A stretch of 64,000 bases of DNA, from contig CAYRQF010000001.1 in the NCBI GenBank assembly GCA_964426385.1, positions 21,712 through 85,711 of the forward strand. The letters are read 5' to 3'. Positions 27,801 through 37,387 of the stretch are shown one piece after another. Every line of letters starts with the position of its first letter. The first letter of the stretch is position 1. The position numbers and the translations under genes are program-made. The DNA is from an uncultured Candidatus Saccharibacteria bacterium. GTDB taxonomy: Bacteria; Patescibacteriota; Minisyncoccia; Phycocordibacterales; CSBR16-119. The notes under the pieces were generated by a model. That model was not told the DNA's origin and did no database searches. It saw nothing but the letters and a program-made list of their open reading frames with translations.

Positions 27801-28871
27801 ATGAAAATCGAAGAAAATATTTCTCTACGAGAATACACAACTTTTAAAATCGGCGGACCCGCTAGGTATTTTGTGAGCGTTGATAATACGGAAGATATTT
27901 CAGAGATTGTTAAGTTTGCGAAAGAAAATAATCTAAAGATTTTTGTTTTAGGCGGTGGCTCGAACATTGTCGTGAGTGACCAGGGATTTGATGGCCTAGT
28001 TATCCATCCTACGATGAGAGGCATACAGATAGTATCTGAAGACGATAAAAAAGTAGTTTTGAAACTTGGCGCTGGAGAGAGTTGGGATGAGGCAGTTGCT
28101 TATGTGGTGGAGCAGGGTTGGTGGGGAATAGAGAATCTCTCACACATCCCAGGGAACTCTGCAGCGGTTGTGGTCCAGAACGTGGGCGCTTATGGCGAAG
28201 AGATCAGCTCAGTTTTCAAATCAGTCGAAGTGTTTGATATGGGGACAGCGAAACTCCGCAGTCTCACTCGAGCTGAATGCAAGTTCACATATCGTCATAG
28301 TATTTTTAACACGACACACAAGAACAAGTTCATCATACTCTCTGTGACACTAGAGCTTAGCAAGAGACCGAATCCGATTTTGACATACAGCGATGTCAAA
28401 AAATATTTTGAAGAGAATCCAACCATAGAACCAACACTTGCAGAAATAAGAAAAGCAATCATCACGATTCGCGATAGGAAATTCCCATTTCCTAGGTCTG
28501 CTGTAAACGGTAGCGCCGGATCATTCTTCCGAGGACCGATTATTACCAAAGGAAAGCTCGAGGAGATAAAGGAGAAGATAAAAAACGAGTTCGGTGATGA
28601 ATCTGCAAATCGCATTCCGAAAATGAAAGATAGTTTGCAAGTTCTCCAGGGTTACAAAACACCGACAGCATTTCTCATTGAACATGCGGGACTACGAGGG
28701 TTCCAGATAGGTGGAGTCAAGGTTCATGATGTTCAGCCAGCTATAGTTTTGAACGCTACGGGTACTGCATCGTCAGAGGATATTATGAATCTGGCAGAGC
28801 ATGTACGAGCGACTGTAAAAGACAAATTTGGTGTAGAATTGGAAATAGAGCCGGAACTTATTGGTTTTTAG
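27801..28871 (+). CDS. murB: UDP-N-acetylmuramate dehydrogenase
   Basis: TTFKIGGPA, LGGGSN, QNVGAYG, GSAGSFF and LEIEP motifs. Confidence 0.95.
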   Translation: MKIEENISLREYTTFKIGGPARYFVSVDNTEDISEIVKFAKENNLKIFVLGGGSNIVVSDQGFDGLVIHPTMRGIQIVSEDDKKVVLKLGAGESWDEAVAYVVEQGWWGIENLSHIPGNSAAVVVQNVGAYGEEISSVFKSVEVFDMGTAKLRSLTRAECKFTYRHSIFNTTHKNKFIILSVTLELSKRPNPILTYSDVKKYFEENPTIEPTLAEIRKAIITIRDRKFPFPRSAVNGSAGSFFRGPIITKGKLEEIKEKIKNEFGDESANRIPKMKDSLQVLQGYKTPTAFLIEHAGLRGFQIGGVKVHDVQPAIVLNATGTASSEDIMNLAEHVRATVKDKFGVELEIEPELIGF

Positions 28872-28881
28872 GCTTGCATCT

Positions 28882-30315
28882 ATGATTCTAAAGGATTTGA
28901 TAATCGATTTACACCCTCTTTCAGTAGAAGGTGACGTCGAAATAGAGGTAAAACATATAACTCTCGATTCTCGCACCGCTGGTCCAGGCAGTCTTTTCTT
29001 TGCCGTTCGTGGTGTGAAAGTTGATGGACATGATTTCATAAATGAGGTTATCACTCACGGCGCGACTACTATAGTGTGCGAAGTTATCCCAGAGAATACA
29101 TATAAAGGAGTAACTTATATCAAGGTTTCAAAAGTAAGCGAGTGTGTCGGGATAATCGCCTCGGCTTTTTATGGGCACCCATCACTTGAACTAATCATTG
29201 TTGGAGTGACAGGTACGAATGGCAAGACCACCATCGCGACAACACTATATGAATTGTTTACGAAGCTTGGCCACAAATCAGGACTCATATCTACTGTTGA
29301 GAATAAGATCGGCAGTGACATAATCCCAGCCACTCACACCACACCGGACGCTATCTCTCTACAGGAGCATCTACGTAAAATGTCTGACGCTGACTGTAAA
29401 TATGTTTTTATGGAAGTGAGTTCGCATGCGGTGGATCAGGGTAGGATAAAAAATATATATTTCCTTGGCGGTATTTTTACCAACCTAACTCAGGATCACC
29501 TCGACTATCACAAAACGATGGGTGAGTACGCAGGAGCAAAAAAGGCATTTTTCGATAGTTTGCCTGAGACAGCATTTGCTCTTGCAAATATAGATGACGA
29601 ATATGGTGAGTTTATGATCAAAGATTCGATGGCTACACATATTACTTATGCCGAAGGTAAAGGAGATTTTGCTTTCACGATAAAAGACTCTACATCTGCT
29701 GGCATGACACTAACTATAAAAGATACCAGTGTTAGTTCGCCTCTCGTTGGAAAATTTAACGCGTATAATCTTACTGCCATATTTGCAACGGCAGTACTTC
29801 TCGATCAGCCGAGCGATAAAGTGGCGAGCGCACTTGGTGGTCTTACTGGCGCACGGGGTCGAATGGAGAAGATTCTAGGCGCTAGTGGCAAAATCGGTAT
29901 CGTTGATTATGCTCACACGCCTGACGCTCTCGAGAACGCTCTAACAACAGTGAATAATTTCAAAGGCACAAATAAAGTTATCACGGTATTCGGTGCCGGA
30001 GGAGATAGGGACAAAGGCAAGCGTCCTCTGATGGGTGCTATCGCAAGTAGTCTCTCGGACATAGCGATAGTTACATCGGATAATCCACGAACGGAGAATC
30101 CAGAAAGTATAATAGTAGACATTGTCGCTGGGGTTTCAGATAGGAAAAATATAGAGATAATCCCTGATCGCGAAGATGCCATCAGGCGTGCAGTGGAAAT
30201 AGCTGGAAGCGGGGATATAATATTGGTTGCAGGCAAAGGTCATGAGAACTATCAGGAGGTAAACGGTGTTAAGTCTCACTTTTCTGACAATGAGGTTCTA
30301 AAAAAATATCTATGA
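28882..30315 (+). CDS. murE: UDP-MurNAc-dipeptide--meso-diaminopimelate ligase
   Basis: GTNGKTT, MEVSSH, DHLDYH, DYAHTPD, DNPR (DAP-specificity motif) and GKGHE. Confidence 0.95.
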   Translation: MILKDLIIDLHPLSVEGDVEIEVKHITLDSRTAGPGSLFFAVRGVKVDGHDFINEVITHGATTIVCEVIPENTYKGVTYIKVSKVSECVGIIASAFYGHPSLELIIVGVTGTNGKTTIATTLYELFTKLGHKSGLISTVENKIGSDIIPATHTTPDAISLQEHLRKMSDADCKYVFMEVSSHAVDQGRIKNIYFLGGIFTNLTQDHLDYHKTMGEYAGAKKAFFDSLPETAFALANIDDEYGEFMIKDSMATHITYAEGKGDFAFTIKDSTSAGMTLTIKDTSVSSPLVGKFNAYNLTAIFATAVLLDQPSDKVASALGGLTGARGRMEKILGASGKIGIVDYAHTPDALENALTTVNNFKGTNKVITVFGAGGDRDKGKRPLMGAIASSLSDIAIVTSDNPRTENPESIIVDIVAGVSDRKNIEIIPDREDAIRRAVEIAGSGDIILVAGKGHENYQEVNGVKSHFSDNEVLKKYL

Positions 30316-31637
30316 TAGATCAAAACTACAAAGAGTTCCTGGCTAGTAAACGGGTGACAATAATGGGCCTCGGTCTTCTCGGTCGAGGGCTTAACGACGC
30401 CAAGTTTCTGGCAAAGTACTGTGCCGAAGTTCTTGTTACCGATCTCAAATCCGCCGAAGATCTAAAGAATTCTGTTTCCGAGCTGGAAGATCTGCCAAAT
30501 ATCAAATTTGTCCTAGGGGAACACCGATTATGTGATTTCCGTAAGCGTGACTTCATCCTAAAAGCTGCGGGGGTTCCTCTCGATTCAGAATATATCGCTC
30601 ATGCAAAAGAAAACGGTGTTCCTGTGTATATGGATGAGGCACTTTTCGTAATGCTTGCACCCAAGATTATGACTATAGGAGTGACCGGTACGCGTGGTAA
30701 GACGACAACGACGATGATGATTGATTCCATACTTTCTGCCTCAGGCAAGGGGTATTTTATCGGTGGCAATATCCGTGGCCTCGCGACTCTACCACTTCTC
30801 GAGGAGGTAAAAGGGGGCGATACAGTTCTAATGGAACTGTCATCATGGCAACTCCAGGGCTTCGGCGATCTATCTATGAGTCCTGACATAGGAGTATTTA
30901 CTAACTTTTATGACGACCATTTCAACTACTACAAGTCTGACACTGAAGCGTACTTCAACGACAAGTCATTCGTCTACAAATTCCAGAAGCCGTCCGACTC
31001 TATAATCTTTGGATCGGATATCATGGATCATTTCAAACAGCGAATCGTGCTCGCATCATCCGAGAAACACGAGATCAGTGCTTCAGATCTGCCAGCAGAT
31101 GTCGTATTGAAAATCCCAGGTGAGCACAATCGTTTCAACGCAGCCCTCGCCTGGAAGGTGGCTGAGACACTCGGTATCTCGCCCGAGGTCAGGAAGCGAG
31201 GCCTCGAATCCTTTACCGGCGTGCCTGGGAGACTCGAGCTTGTGCGTGTCACACACGGAATATCCTTTTATAACGACACCACGGCCACCACACCTGATGC
31301 TACGGTGAACGCCATCGAGGCACTAAAAGACAAGGGTCCGATTATTCTCATCATGGGTGGTTTCGACAAGGGCCTCGATATGCATATGATTTTCGACAGT
31401 GTATCCGTGGTGAAGAAAATAGTCCTTCTTCCTGGTACAGGTTCTGATTCGATTGTGGGCAAAGGCCTCACAAACTATGAAAAAGTCTCGAGTCTCCAAG
31501 AGGCGATTGACAAAGCGATGACTCTGGCAGATGCTGGAGATATAGTTCTTATGAGTCCAGCATTTGCCTCGTTCGGGTTATTCAAGAACGAATTCGACAG
31601 AGGAGATCAGTTCGACGCGATAGTAAAATCAATATGA
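30312..31637 (+). CDS. murD: UDP-MurNAc-L-Ala--D-glutamate ligase
   Basis: MGLGLLG, GTRGKTT, ELSSWQL and SPAFASFGLF...RGDQF motifs. Confidence 0.93.
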   Translation: MIDQNYKEFLASKRVTIMGLGLLGRGLNDAKFLAKYCAEVLVTDLKSAEDLKNSVSELEDLPNIKFVLGEHRLCDFRKRDFILKAAGVPLDSEYIAHAKENGVPVYMDEALFVMLAPKIMTIGVTGTRGKTTTTMMIDSILSASGKGYFIGGNIRGLATLPLLEEVKGGDTVLMELSSWQLQGFGDLSMSPDIGVFTNFYDDHFNYYKSDTEAYFNDKSFVYKFQKPSDSIIFGSDIMDHFKQRIVLASSEKHEISASDLPADVVLKIPGEHNRFNAALAWKVAETLGISPEVRKRGLESFTGVPGRLELVRVTHGISFYNDTTATTPDATVNAIEALKDKGPIILIMGGFDKGLDMHMIFDSVSVVKKIVLLPGTGSDSIVGKGLTNYEKVSSLQEAIDKAMTLADAGDIVLMSPAFASFGLFKNEFDRGDQFDAIVKSI

Positions 31638-32941
31638 TAGAGAATTTCGATAATTTCAAAAAAATATATTTCGCCGGTGTTGGCGGTATTGGTATTTCAG
31701 CCGTAGCACGCCTCATGATAGCTGATGGCAAGGAGGTCTGGGGTTCTGATATGGCAGCGTCGACCGTGACTAACGAGCTCGAGAAAATCGGCGTCAAATT
31801 CCAAACCGGGCAGAATGTCGACCAGATCCCTAGAGACACTGATCTCGTCATCTACTCGATCGCTCTCGATGAGCTCGATCCTAATTTCATGTCAGCGCTA
31901 AAGGAAAAATTCCCGAATCATATGTCCTACCCGGAATCTTTGGCGATTATCTCAAAGAATAAAAAAACTATCGCTATAACCGGTACTCACGGCAAGACGA
32001 CAACGACATCCATGATCGCTACAGCGATGAAAGATCTCGGATTCGACCCGACTGTTATTGTCGGAAGTCTCCTCAAAGAGTGGAACAGTAACTTTCTCCC
32101 GGGTACGAGTGAGTATTTTGTTGTTGAGGGGTGTGAGTACAAGAAATCATTTTTGAATCTGCATCCATATATCCTAGTTATCACAAATATCGAAGAAGAT
32201 CACCTCGACTATTATAAAAATCTACAGAATATAAAAGATGCATTCCGCGAACTTGCCGAGCGTGTGCCGACAGATGGATACATCATCACTGACCTGGGTA
32301 ATCCAAATGTAGCCGAGGTTGTGGCTGGGCTCCAGTGTCACATTATCGATTATCGTGACGCTGATGTTGACGGTGTTGGCCTGGTCAAGATGCCAGGGGA
32401 GCATAACAGGAGTAATGCTCGAGTTGCCATGTCTGTCCTGCAGGCACTTGGGGCGAACACATCTGGGGTCAAGAATTCCCTCAGTAACTTCTCCGGTGTC
32501 TGGCGTAGGTTCGAGTACATCGGCAGGATGAAAACTGGTGCTCTCGTCTACGACGATTATGCCCATCACCCGACAGAGATCAAGGCGTTTCTCCGAGGAG
32601 CACGCGGAGCTTTTGTTGGCAAGAAAATCATCGCTATATTTCAGCCACACCTTTTTTCTAGGACCAAGGATTTTCTCGACGATTTCTCCCATTCGTTCGA
32701 GAATGCTGATGAGGTAATCATCCTTCCGATATACAAAGCGAGGGAAATAGATAACGGAGAGGTTTCTTCTGGAATGCTCGTCGAAAAGATTAGAAATACC
32801 GGCAAGCATGTCGATCTCATGACGAGCTTCGCTGACGTCGTCGAATACTTGAACTCCAAAAGCCATGAGAATACGATCATCGCAACCATCGGTGCAGGTG
32901 AGACGAACATTCTCGCTACTCAACTAGTTGAATCAGTATGA
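31634..32941 (+). CDS. murC: UDP-N-acetylmuramate--L-alanine ligase
   Basis: GVGGIGIS, GTHGKTT, DDYAHHPTE and FQPH motifs. Confidence 0.95.
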   Translation: MIENFDNFKKIYFAGVGGIGISAVARLMIADGKEVWGSDMAASTVTNELEKIGVKFQTGQNVDQIPRDTDLVIYSIALDELDPNFMSALKEKFPNHMSYPESLAIISKNKKTIAITGTHGKTTTTSMIATAMKDLGFDPTVIVGSLLKEWNSNFLPGTSEYFVVEGCEYKKSFLNLHPYILVITNIEEDHLDYYKNLQNIKDAFRELAERVPTDGYIITDLGNPNVAEVVAGLQCHIIDYRDADVDGVGLVKMPGEHNRSNARVAMSVLQALGANTSGVKNSLSNFSGVWRRFEYIGRMKTGALVYDDYAHHPTEIKAFLRGARGAFVGKKIIAIFQPHLFSRTKDFLDDFSHSFENADEVIILPIYKAREIDNGEVSSGMLVEKIRNTGKHVDLMTSFADVVEYLNSKSHENTIIATIGAGETNILATQLVESV

Positions 32942-34221
32942 CCCTAGAGAATCTCTACAAAGTGTTCGCAGAGAAGAGTCTGTCGGTGTCTATAGATACT
33001 CGTTCTATTCAACCTGGCGATATATTCTTTGGTATTAAGGGGGACACTTTTGATGGTAATACTTTCGCCATAGAGGCACTCAACAAGGGAGCCAGTTTCG
33101 TTGTCTCTGAAAGTCGTGACATGCCGATGGATGATAGATGTGTCCTTGTTGAAGACTCCCTGAAGTCTCTCCAGGAGTTCGCTTCGATTCATCGAGAGCA
33201 TTTGGATATCCCGATTATCGCCATCACTGGATCGAATGGTAAGACAACTACCAAAGAGCTCACCAGGGTTGTGCTCGATAAGAAATACAAAGTATGTGCG
33301 AGTCCGGCAAGTTTCAACAATCATATCGGCGTACCTCTCACTATCCTCGCTATCAAGTCGGAGCATCAAATAGTGGTTCTAGAGATGGGGGATAACCACG
33401 AGGGTGAGATCGCAAGACTCTGTGAGATCGCGCGTCCGACACACGGACTCATCACTAACATCGGGCGAGACCATATCGGCGAGGCTGGAGGATACGAAGC
33501 GAATATTAGAGCCAAGCTTGAACTTTACGAATACTTCAAAAGTTCTGGCAGTGTTAATTTCCTCAACAATGATGATCCGATGTTGGTGAAGAATTCCCTG
33601 GAATTAAACAATAGTAAGTATGCTGTGGGAGAGATCATCGATGCAAAGGATCTGCTTGTTATCAGAATCGATGGACAAGAAATAAAAACTAAATTCATTG
33701 GCGGGTATAATATCGATAACTTTATCGCTGCATACACGATAGGGAAATACTTCGAAGTTCCGACAGAAGACATCATTTCAGCGCTTGAAAGTTACGAGCC
33801 GAAGAATAACCGCTCGCAGAAGATTGAGTCTGGAACGAATACGATAATCATGGATGCATATAATGCCAACCCTGACAGCATGAAACTCGCACTCGAGAAC
33901 TTCGCGCTAATGAAAACTGACAAGAAAAAGGTCGTAATCCTCGGCGATATGTTTGATATGGGTGAGTTTGCTAGCGATATGCATAAAGAGATTATGGTTT
34001 TAGCTGAAACCCTCGAGTTCGACCATCGGTATTTTGTCGGTGCAGAATTTTACAAAATTCTTTGCGAGGGTGCTCCAATGTTTGGAGATGAGATTTTGTT
34101 TGAAAAAGTAGATGATTTGATCAAGTATCTTAGAGAAAATAAAATGGAAAACTCATTCATTCTCCTCAAAGGCTCTCGAGGAATGGCACTTGAAAAAATA
34201 TTGAAAGAAAATCTTCTGTAA
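32938..34221 (+). CDS. murF: UDP-MurNAc-tripeptide--D-Ala-D-Ala ligase
   Basis: GSNGKTTTKE, NNHIGVPLT, DAYNANPDSM and KGSRG motifs. Confidence 0.95.
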   Translation: MTLENLYKVFAEKSLSVSIDTRSIQPGDIFFGIKGDTFDGNTFAIEALNKGASFVVSESRDMPMDDRCVLVEDSLKSLQEFASIHREHLDIPIIAITGSNGKTTTKELTRVVLDKKYKVCASPASFNNHIGVPLTILAIKSEHQIVVLEMGDNHEGEIARLCEIARPTHGLITNIGRDHIGEAGGYEANIRAKLELYEYFKSSGSVNFLNNDDPMLVKNSLELNNSKYAVGEIIDAKDLLVIRIDGQEIKTKFIGGYNIDNFIAAYTIGKYFEVPTEDIISALESYEPKNNRSQKIESGTNTIIMDAYNANPDSMKLALENFALMKTDKKKVVILGDMFDMGEFASDMHKEIMVLAETLEFDHRYFVGAEFYKILCEGAPMFGDEILFEKVDDLIKYLRENKMENSFILLKGSRGMALEKILKENLL

Positions 34222-34268
34222 AAAAGAAACCGCCCGAAAGCCAAGCGGCTCTCTGGGCGGTCGTTGCT

Positions 34269-34520
34269 TTATGCTACTATCACACGCTTACGGCGTATTT
34301 CGGAACCGATCACTACGGCCGATACCAGAAGCAGGCAGGTGGCGATCTTGAAACTCATGCCGGCTGCACGCAGATCTCGGTTCACCGCCAGTTCGTGGTG
34401 GTGTATGGCGACGAAGCCATAATCCTTTCCCGGGCGCTGCATCTTCTTGATGCCACCGATGGTTCCGAGGATGCTGAGGGAGAGGAAGATGCCGAGCAGG
34501 ACTTTGTTGTGGGTTTGCAT
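34269..34520 (-). CDS. Small two-TM hypothetical membrane protein (cassette gene)
   Basis: ATG 34520 (MQTHNKVLLGIFLSL...), promoter TTGACT-N17-TATTAT at 34570-34542, and terminator at 34221-34261. Confidence 0.65.
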   Translation of the reverse strand: MQTHNKVLLGIFLSLSILGTIGGIKKMQRPGKDYGFVAIHHHELAVNRDLRAAGMSFKIATCLLLVSAVVIGSEIRRKRVIVA

Positions 34521-34612
34521 GATGTACAGGTTTATAGGTATATAATACCACTTATTATAGTAAAAGTCAAGAGTATATAGCCCTATATTAAAAATGCTAT
34601 ACTCGGGTTTAC

Positions 34613-35626
34613 ATGGCATTTTTCTCGAAAAAAATCGGCATTGATTTGGGCACGGCTAATATATTGGTTTTTTTGCCTGGCAAAGGCGTCGTGTTGAACG
34701 AGCCATCTGTTGTCGCTGTCTCAGAGCAGGACAACAAGATTCTCGCCATTGGCGAAGAGGCCAAACAAATGATCGGCCGAACTCCTGACAATATCGTCGC
34801 TCATAGACCGATGAAAGACGGTGTCATCGCCGACTACCGCATGACTGAGGCGATGCTGAAATATTTCATCGGCAAAGCTCTAGGACCGTTCTCACTCTGG
34901 AAGCCTGATGTCATGGTCTCGGTTCCGGCAGGTGTCACCTCGACCGAACGACGCGCAGTCGTCGAGGCCACTATGAAAGCTGGTGCGAAGAACGCATATA
35001 TTGTGAAGGAACCGATTCTCGCCGCCATTGGCGCCGGTATCCCTATATACGAGCCTCGCGGACACATGATCGTCGATATCGGCGGAGGCACAACTGACGT
35101 AGCGGTGATATGTCTCGGTGGAATAGTCGCCTCGAACTCGGTCAAAGTGGCCGGGGATAAGATAGACGTAGCTATCGCCGACTATATCAAGAAAACTTTC
35201 AACCTCGCCATCGGAGACCGCACCGCAGAGCAAGTGAAGATCAAGATCGGTTCAGCTGTGATAATGGAGGAACCTCTCCTCGCTACTATCAAAGGCCGTG
35301 ACTTCGTCCAGGGGCTTCCACGTACTGCTCAGGTCACGACGAACGAGATAGTCAAAGCTATCGACAAAGAACTCCGTGCGATAGTGAAAGCGATCAAAGA
35401 CGTTTTGCAGGAAACTCCACCAGAGCTCGCATCAGATATTATCGACCACGGTATAATACTCACAGGTGGATCGTCGCTAATACGTAACTTACCGGAACTC
35501 ATATATCAGAAGACGGGAGTGAAAGCCCGCGTTGCTGATGAGCCACTTTATTGTGTTGTCAGAGGAACCGGTGTCGCGCTCGATCACCTAGATACATACA
35601 AACGTTCGATTATTTCTAAGAGATAG
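34613..35626 (+). CDS. mreB: Rod shape-determining protein MreB
   Basis: GIDLGTAN, RPMKDGVIAD, DIGGGTT and LTGGSSL motifs. Confidence 0.97.
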   Translation: MAFFSKKIGIDLGTANILVFLPGKGVVLNEPSVVAVSEQDNKILAIGEEAKQMIGRTPDNIVAHRPMKDGVIADYRMTEAMLKYFIGKALGPFSLWKPDVMVSVPAGVTSTERRAVVEATMKAGAKNAYIVKEPILAAIGAGIPIYEPRGHMIVDIGGGTTDVAVICLGGIVASNSVKVAGDKIDVAIADYIKKTFNLAIGDRTAEQVKIKIGSAVIMEEPLLATIKGRDFVQGLPRTAQVTTNEIVKAIDKELRAIVKAIKDVLQETPPELASDIIDHGIILTGGSSLIRNLPELIYQKTGVKARVADEPLYCVVRGTGVALDHLDTYKRSIISKR

Positions 35627-35633
35627 GAACTTG

Positions 35634-35750
35634 TCCCGTTAGAGATGTTTTGTTAAAAATATTAGATCAAAGAAATAAATCAATGATTGTCGATTACTTA
35701 CAAAATATTAATCTGGGTATGCAAACGAAAGTTTGCTATCTCTAACGGGA
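35634..35750 (+). repeat. 117-bp element with 13-bp terminal inverted repeats ending on the A of the downstream ATG (copy 1)
   Basis: TCCCGTTAGAGAT...ATCTCTAACGGGA-TG; same length and same ends as 55812-55928. Confidence 0.88.
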
Positions 35751-36415
35751 TGCAAATTATAAAAGAAGGCCTCAATCATCATGCGTATCTGATCGAAGGT
35801 GATATCGAGCTCTCTTATGCTGAACTGGTCCGCTCTCTCGAGGGACTCGGTTATCCGACTGCGGGTAACCCTGATATATTCATCAAAGATTATGAGAACC
35901 TCCTCATCGATCACGCTCGCGAGATCAAGGACTTTCAGAGTGAGTCGGCGAGTGCGAAGAATAAGAAGAAAATAATTATTCTAAAAACTCTCTCGTTTTC
36001 ATACCCAGCCCAGAATGCACTGCTGAAGGTTTTTGAAGAGCCTCGTCCAGGCGTCGTATTCTTCCTCCTGATGCCAGATACGACGAAACTTTATCCGACA
36101 CTTCGCTCCAGACTACAGTCGACGATAGGGGAGTACGCACCGGCAGATAGTCTGAAAAAGGATGCCAAGGTTTTTCTGAGTGCGAGTATCAAAGACCGTC
36201 TCGACTTCATAAAAAAGTTCACTGATGTCGAGTCCAAGCCCGCGCTCAAGGATAAGGCACTGAAGTTTCTCAATATGATTGAACATGAGATATCGCTCCG
36301 TAATACTTTGGTAGACAAAGAGAAGTGTCAGGATGTATATCTCGCCAAGAAATATATCGGTGATCAGGGTTCTAGTCCGAAGATACTCCTAGAGCATTTG
36401 GCTGTTACTCTCTAG
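35750..36415 (+). CDS. holB: DNA polymerase III delta-prime-like subunit
   Basis: HHAYLIEG, AQNALLKVFEEP and LYPTLRSR motifs; start at ATG 35750. Confidence 0.82.
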   Translation: MQIIKEGLNHHAYLIEGDIELSYAELVRSLEGLGYPTAGNPDIFIKDYENLLIDHAREIKDFQSESASAKNKKKIIILKTLSFSYPAQNALLKVFEEPRPGVVFFLLMPDTTKLYPTLRSRLQSTIGEYAPADSLKKDAKVFLSASIKDRLDFIKKFTDVESKPALKDKALKFLNMIEHEISLRNTLVDKEKCQDVYLAKKYIGDQGSSPKILLEHLAVTL

Positions 36416-36433
36416 CACCACACATTTACACAC

Positions 36434-36461
36434 TTGACAAGTGTAAGGGAATTTATATAAT
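36434..36461 (+). promoter_or_regulatory. sigma70 promoter of cassette 36514
   Basis: TTGACA-N16-TATAAT. Confidence 0.7.
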
Positions 36462-36513
36462 ACTCCCATATCCGAACCATTCCGGTTTGGTAAAACCAAT
36501 CTGTCCTTTCAAC

Positions 36514-37098
36514 ATGAAGACGACCATCCTGTTGGCTGCGGTGCTCCTCGTGAGCTCCCCAGCGCTGGCGTGCCCCGATACGGGTCCGCCCATCGCTCCC
36601 ACGGAGCATAGTCAGAAGGAGAAGATGATCAACCGCACCGCTTGGGGCCTCCGGCCGCACATGGGCATCATCAAGATCGAGGTGAACGCCTTGCGCGACC
36701 TGCCGCTGCCGGACTTCGGCTACAGCCACTGGCTGACGCCGATGCCGTTCGATGTGGACTTCACGGAGAACCTGGCCATGAACCCTGACGTGGGATGGAC
36801 CAGCAGCTCGATCTACTATTGCAATTGCTACCTGATGAAGAGCGGCACCGGCGACACCGACGTGGGCATCAGCACCATGGCGTGGTACGACCTGATGAAG
36901 TTCAAGAGCATGGATATGGACGTGAGCAACCGGCCCGGCCTGGGTGCCTTCAAACAAAACGGTTTCAATTTGCGCGATCATGAATGTATCGCCCCGAACA
37001 CCGCTTTGCACTTGATGAGCCCCGCCGACAAGGTGAGCACCTACCGCCTCAGCAGCCCGCATCGCACTGTGATGCCGTGGCGAACGTGGCGGTGCTAG
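36514..37098 (+). CDS. Secreted hypothetical protein with GC-rich codon usage (cassette gene)
   Basis: Signal peptide MKTTILLAAVLLVSSPALA; codons mostly end in C/G, unlike the neighbours. Confidence 0.75.
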   Translation: MKTTILLAAVLLVSSPALACPDTGPPIAPTEHSQKEKMINRTAWGLRPHMGIIKIEVNALRDLPLPDFGYSHWLTPMPFDVDFTENLAMNPDVGWTSSSIYYCNCYLMKSGTGDTDVGISTMAWYDLMKFKSMDMDVSNRPGLGAFKQNGFNLRDHECIAPNTALHLMSPADKVSTYRLSSPHRTVMPWRTWRC

Positions 37099-37216
37099 CG
37101 AGCCCTCTGGCTGGTTAGCACCAACAACTTGCCGTTTTACCAAGCACCGAAGATGGCTCCTAGGCCCCGTAAGGTCTAGGAGCGCCATGAGGTCAAGGTA
37201 AGAGGACAACGGAATT

Positions 37217-37250
37217 ACGCCCCTGGCTTCGGCCAGGGGCGTTCCTTTTT
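37217..37250 (+). terminator. Intrinsic terminator with a UUCG loop
   Basis: acgcccctggc-ttcg-gccaggggcgt-tccttttt. Confidence 0.85.
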
Positions 37251-37286
37251 TATAATCTCTTTTTCTGCTAAAATGGTGGAACAACG

Positions 37287-37387
37287 TCCCGATAGTGATT
37301 ATTATCGGGATGAGGGCAATTATTTAGAATTAGACTTTTATTTGATAGTCTGTAATCGTATAGATTAATCAATAATCACTATCGGGA
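37287..37387 (+). promoter_or_regulatory. frr leader element: 17-bp inverted repeat ending on the frr ATG, with an alternative internal pairing partner and a uORF
   Basis: TCCCGATAGTGATTATT...AATAATCACTATCGGGA-TG; internal TATCGGGATG at 37303-37312 starts the uORF MRAII-stop. Confidence 0.75.

Noticed and set aside
36413-37123. tagcacca repeated on both sides of cassette 36514 as a target-site duplication
   Set aside because: It is only 8 bp, the second copy lies inside the transcription unit before the terminator, and I noticed no such duplications at other cassettes.
36412-37284. 290-aa minus-strand ORF
   Set aside because: It is an antisense shadow of the GC3-rich plus-strand gene, which has the promoter, signal peptide and terminator.
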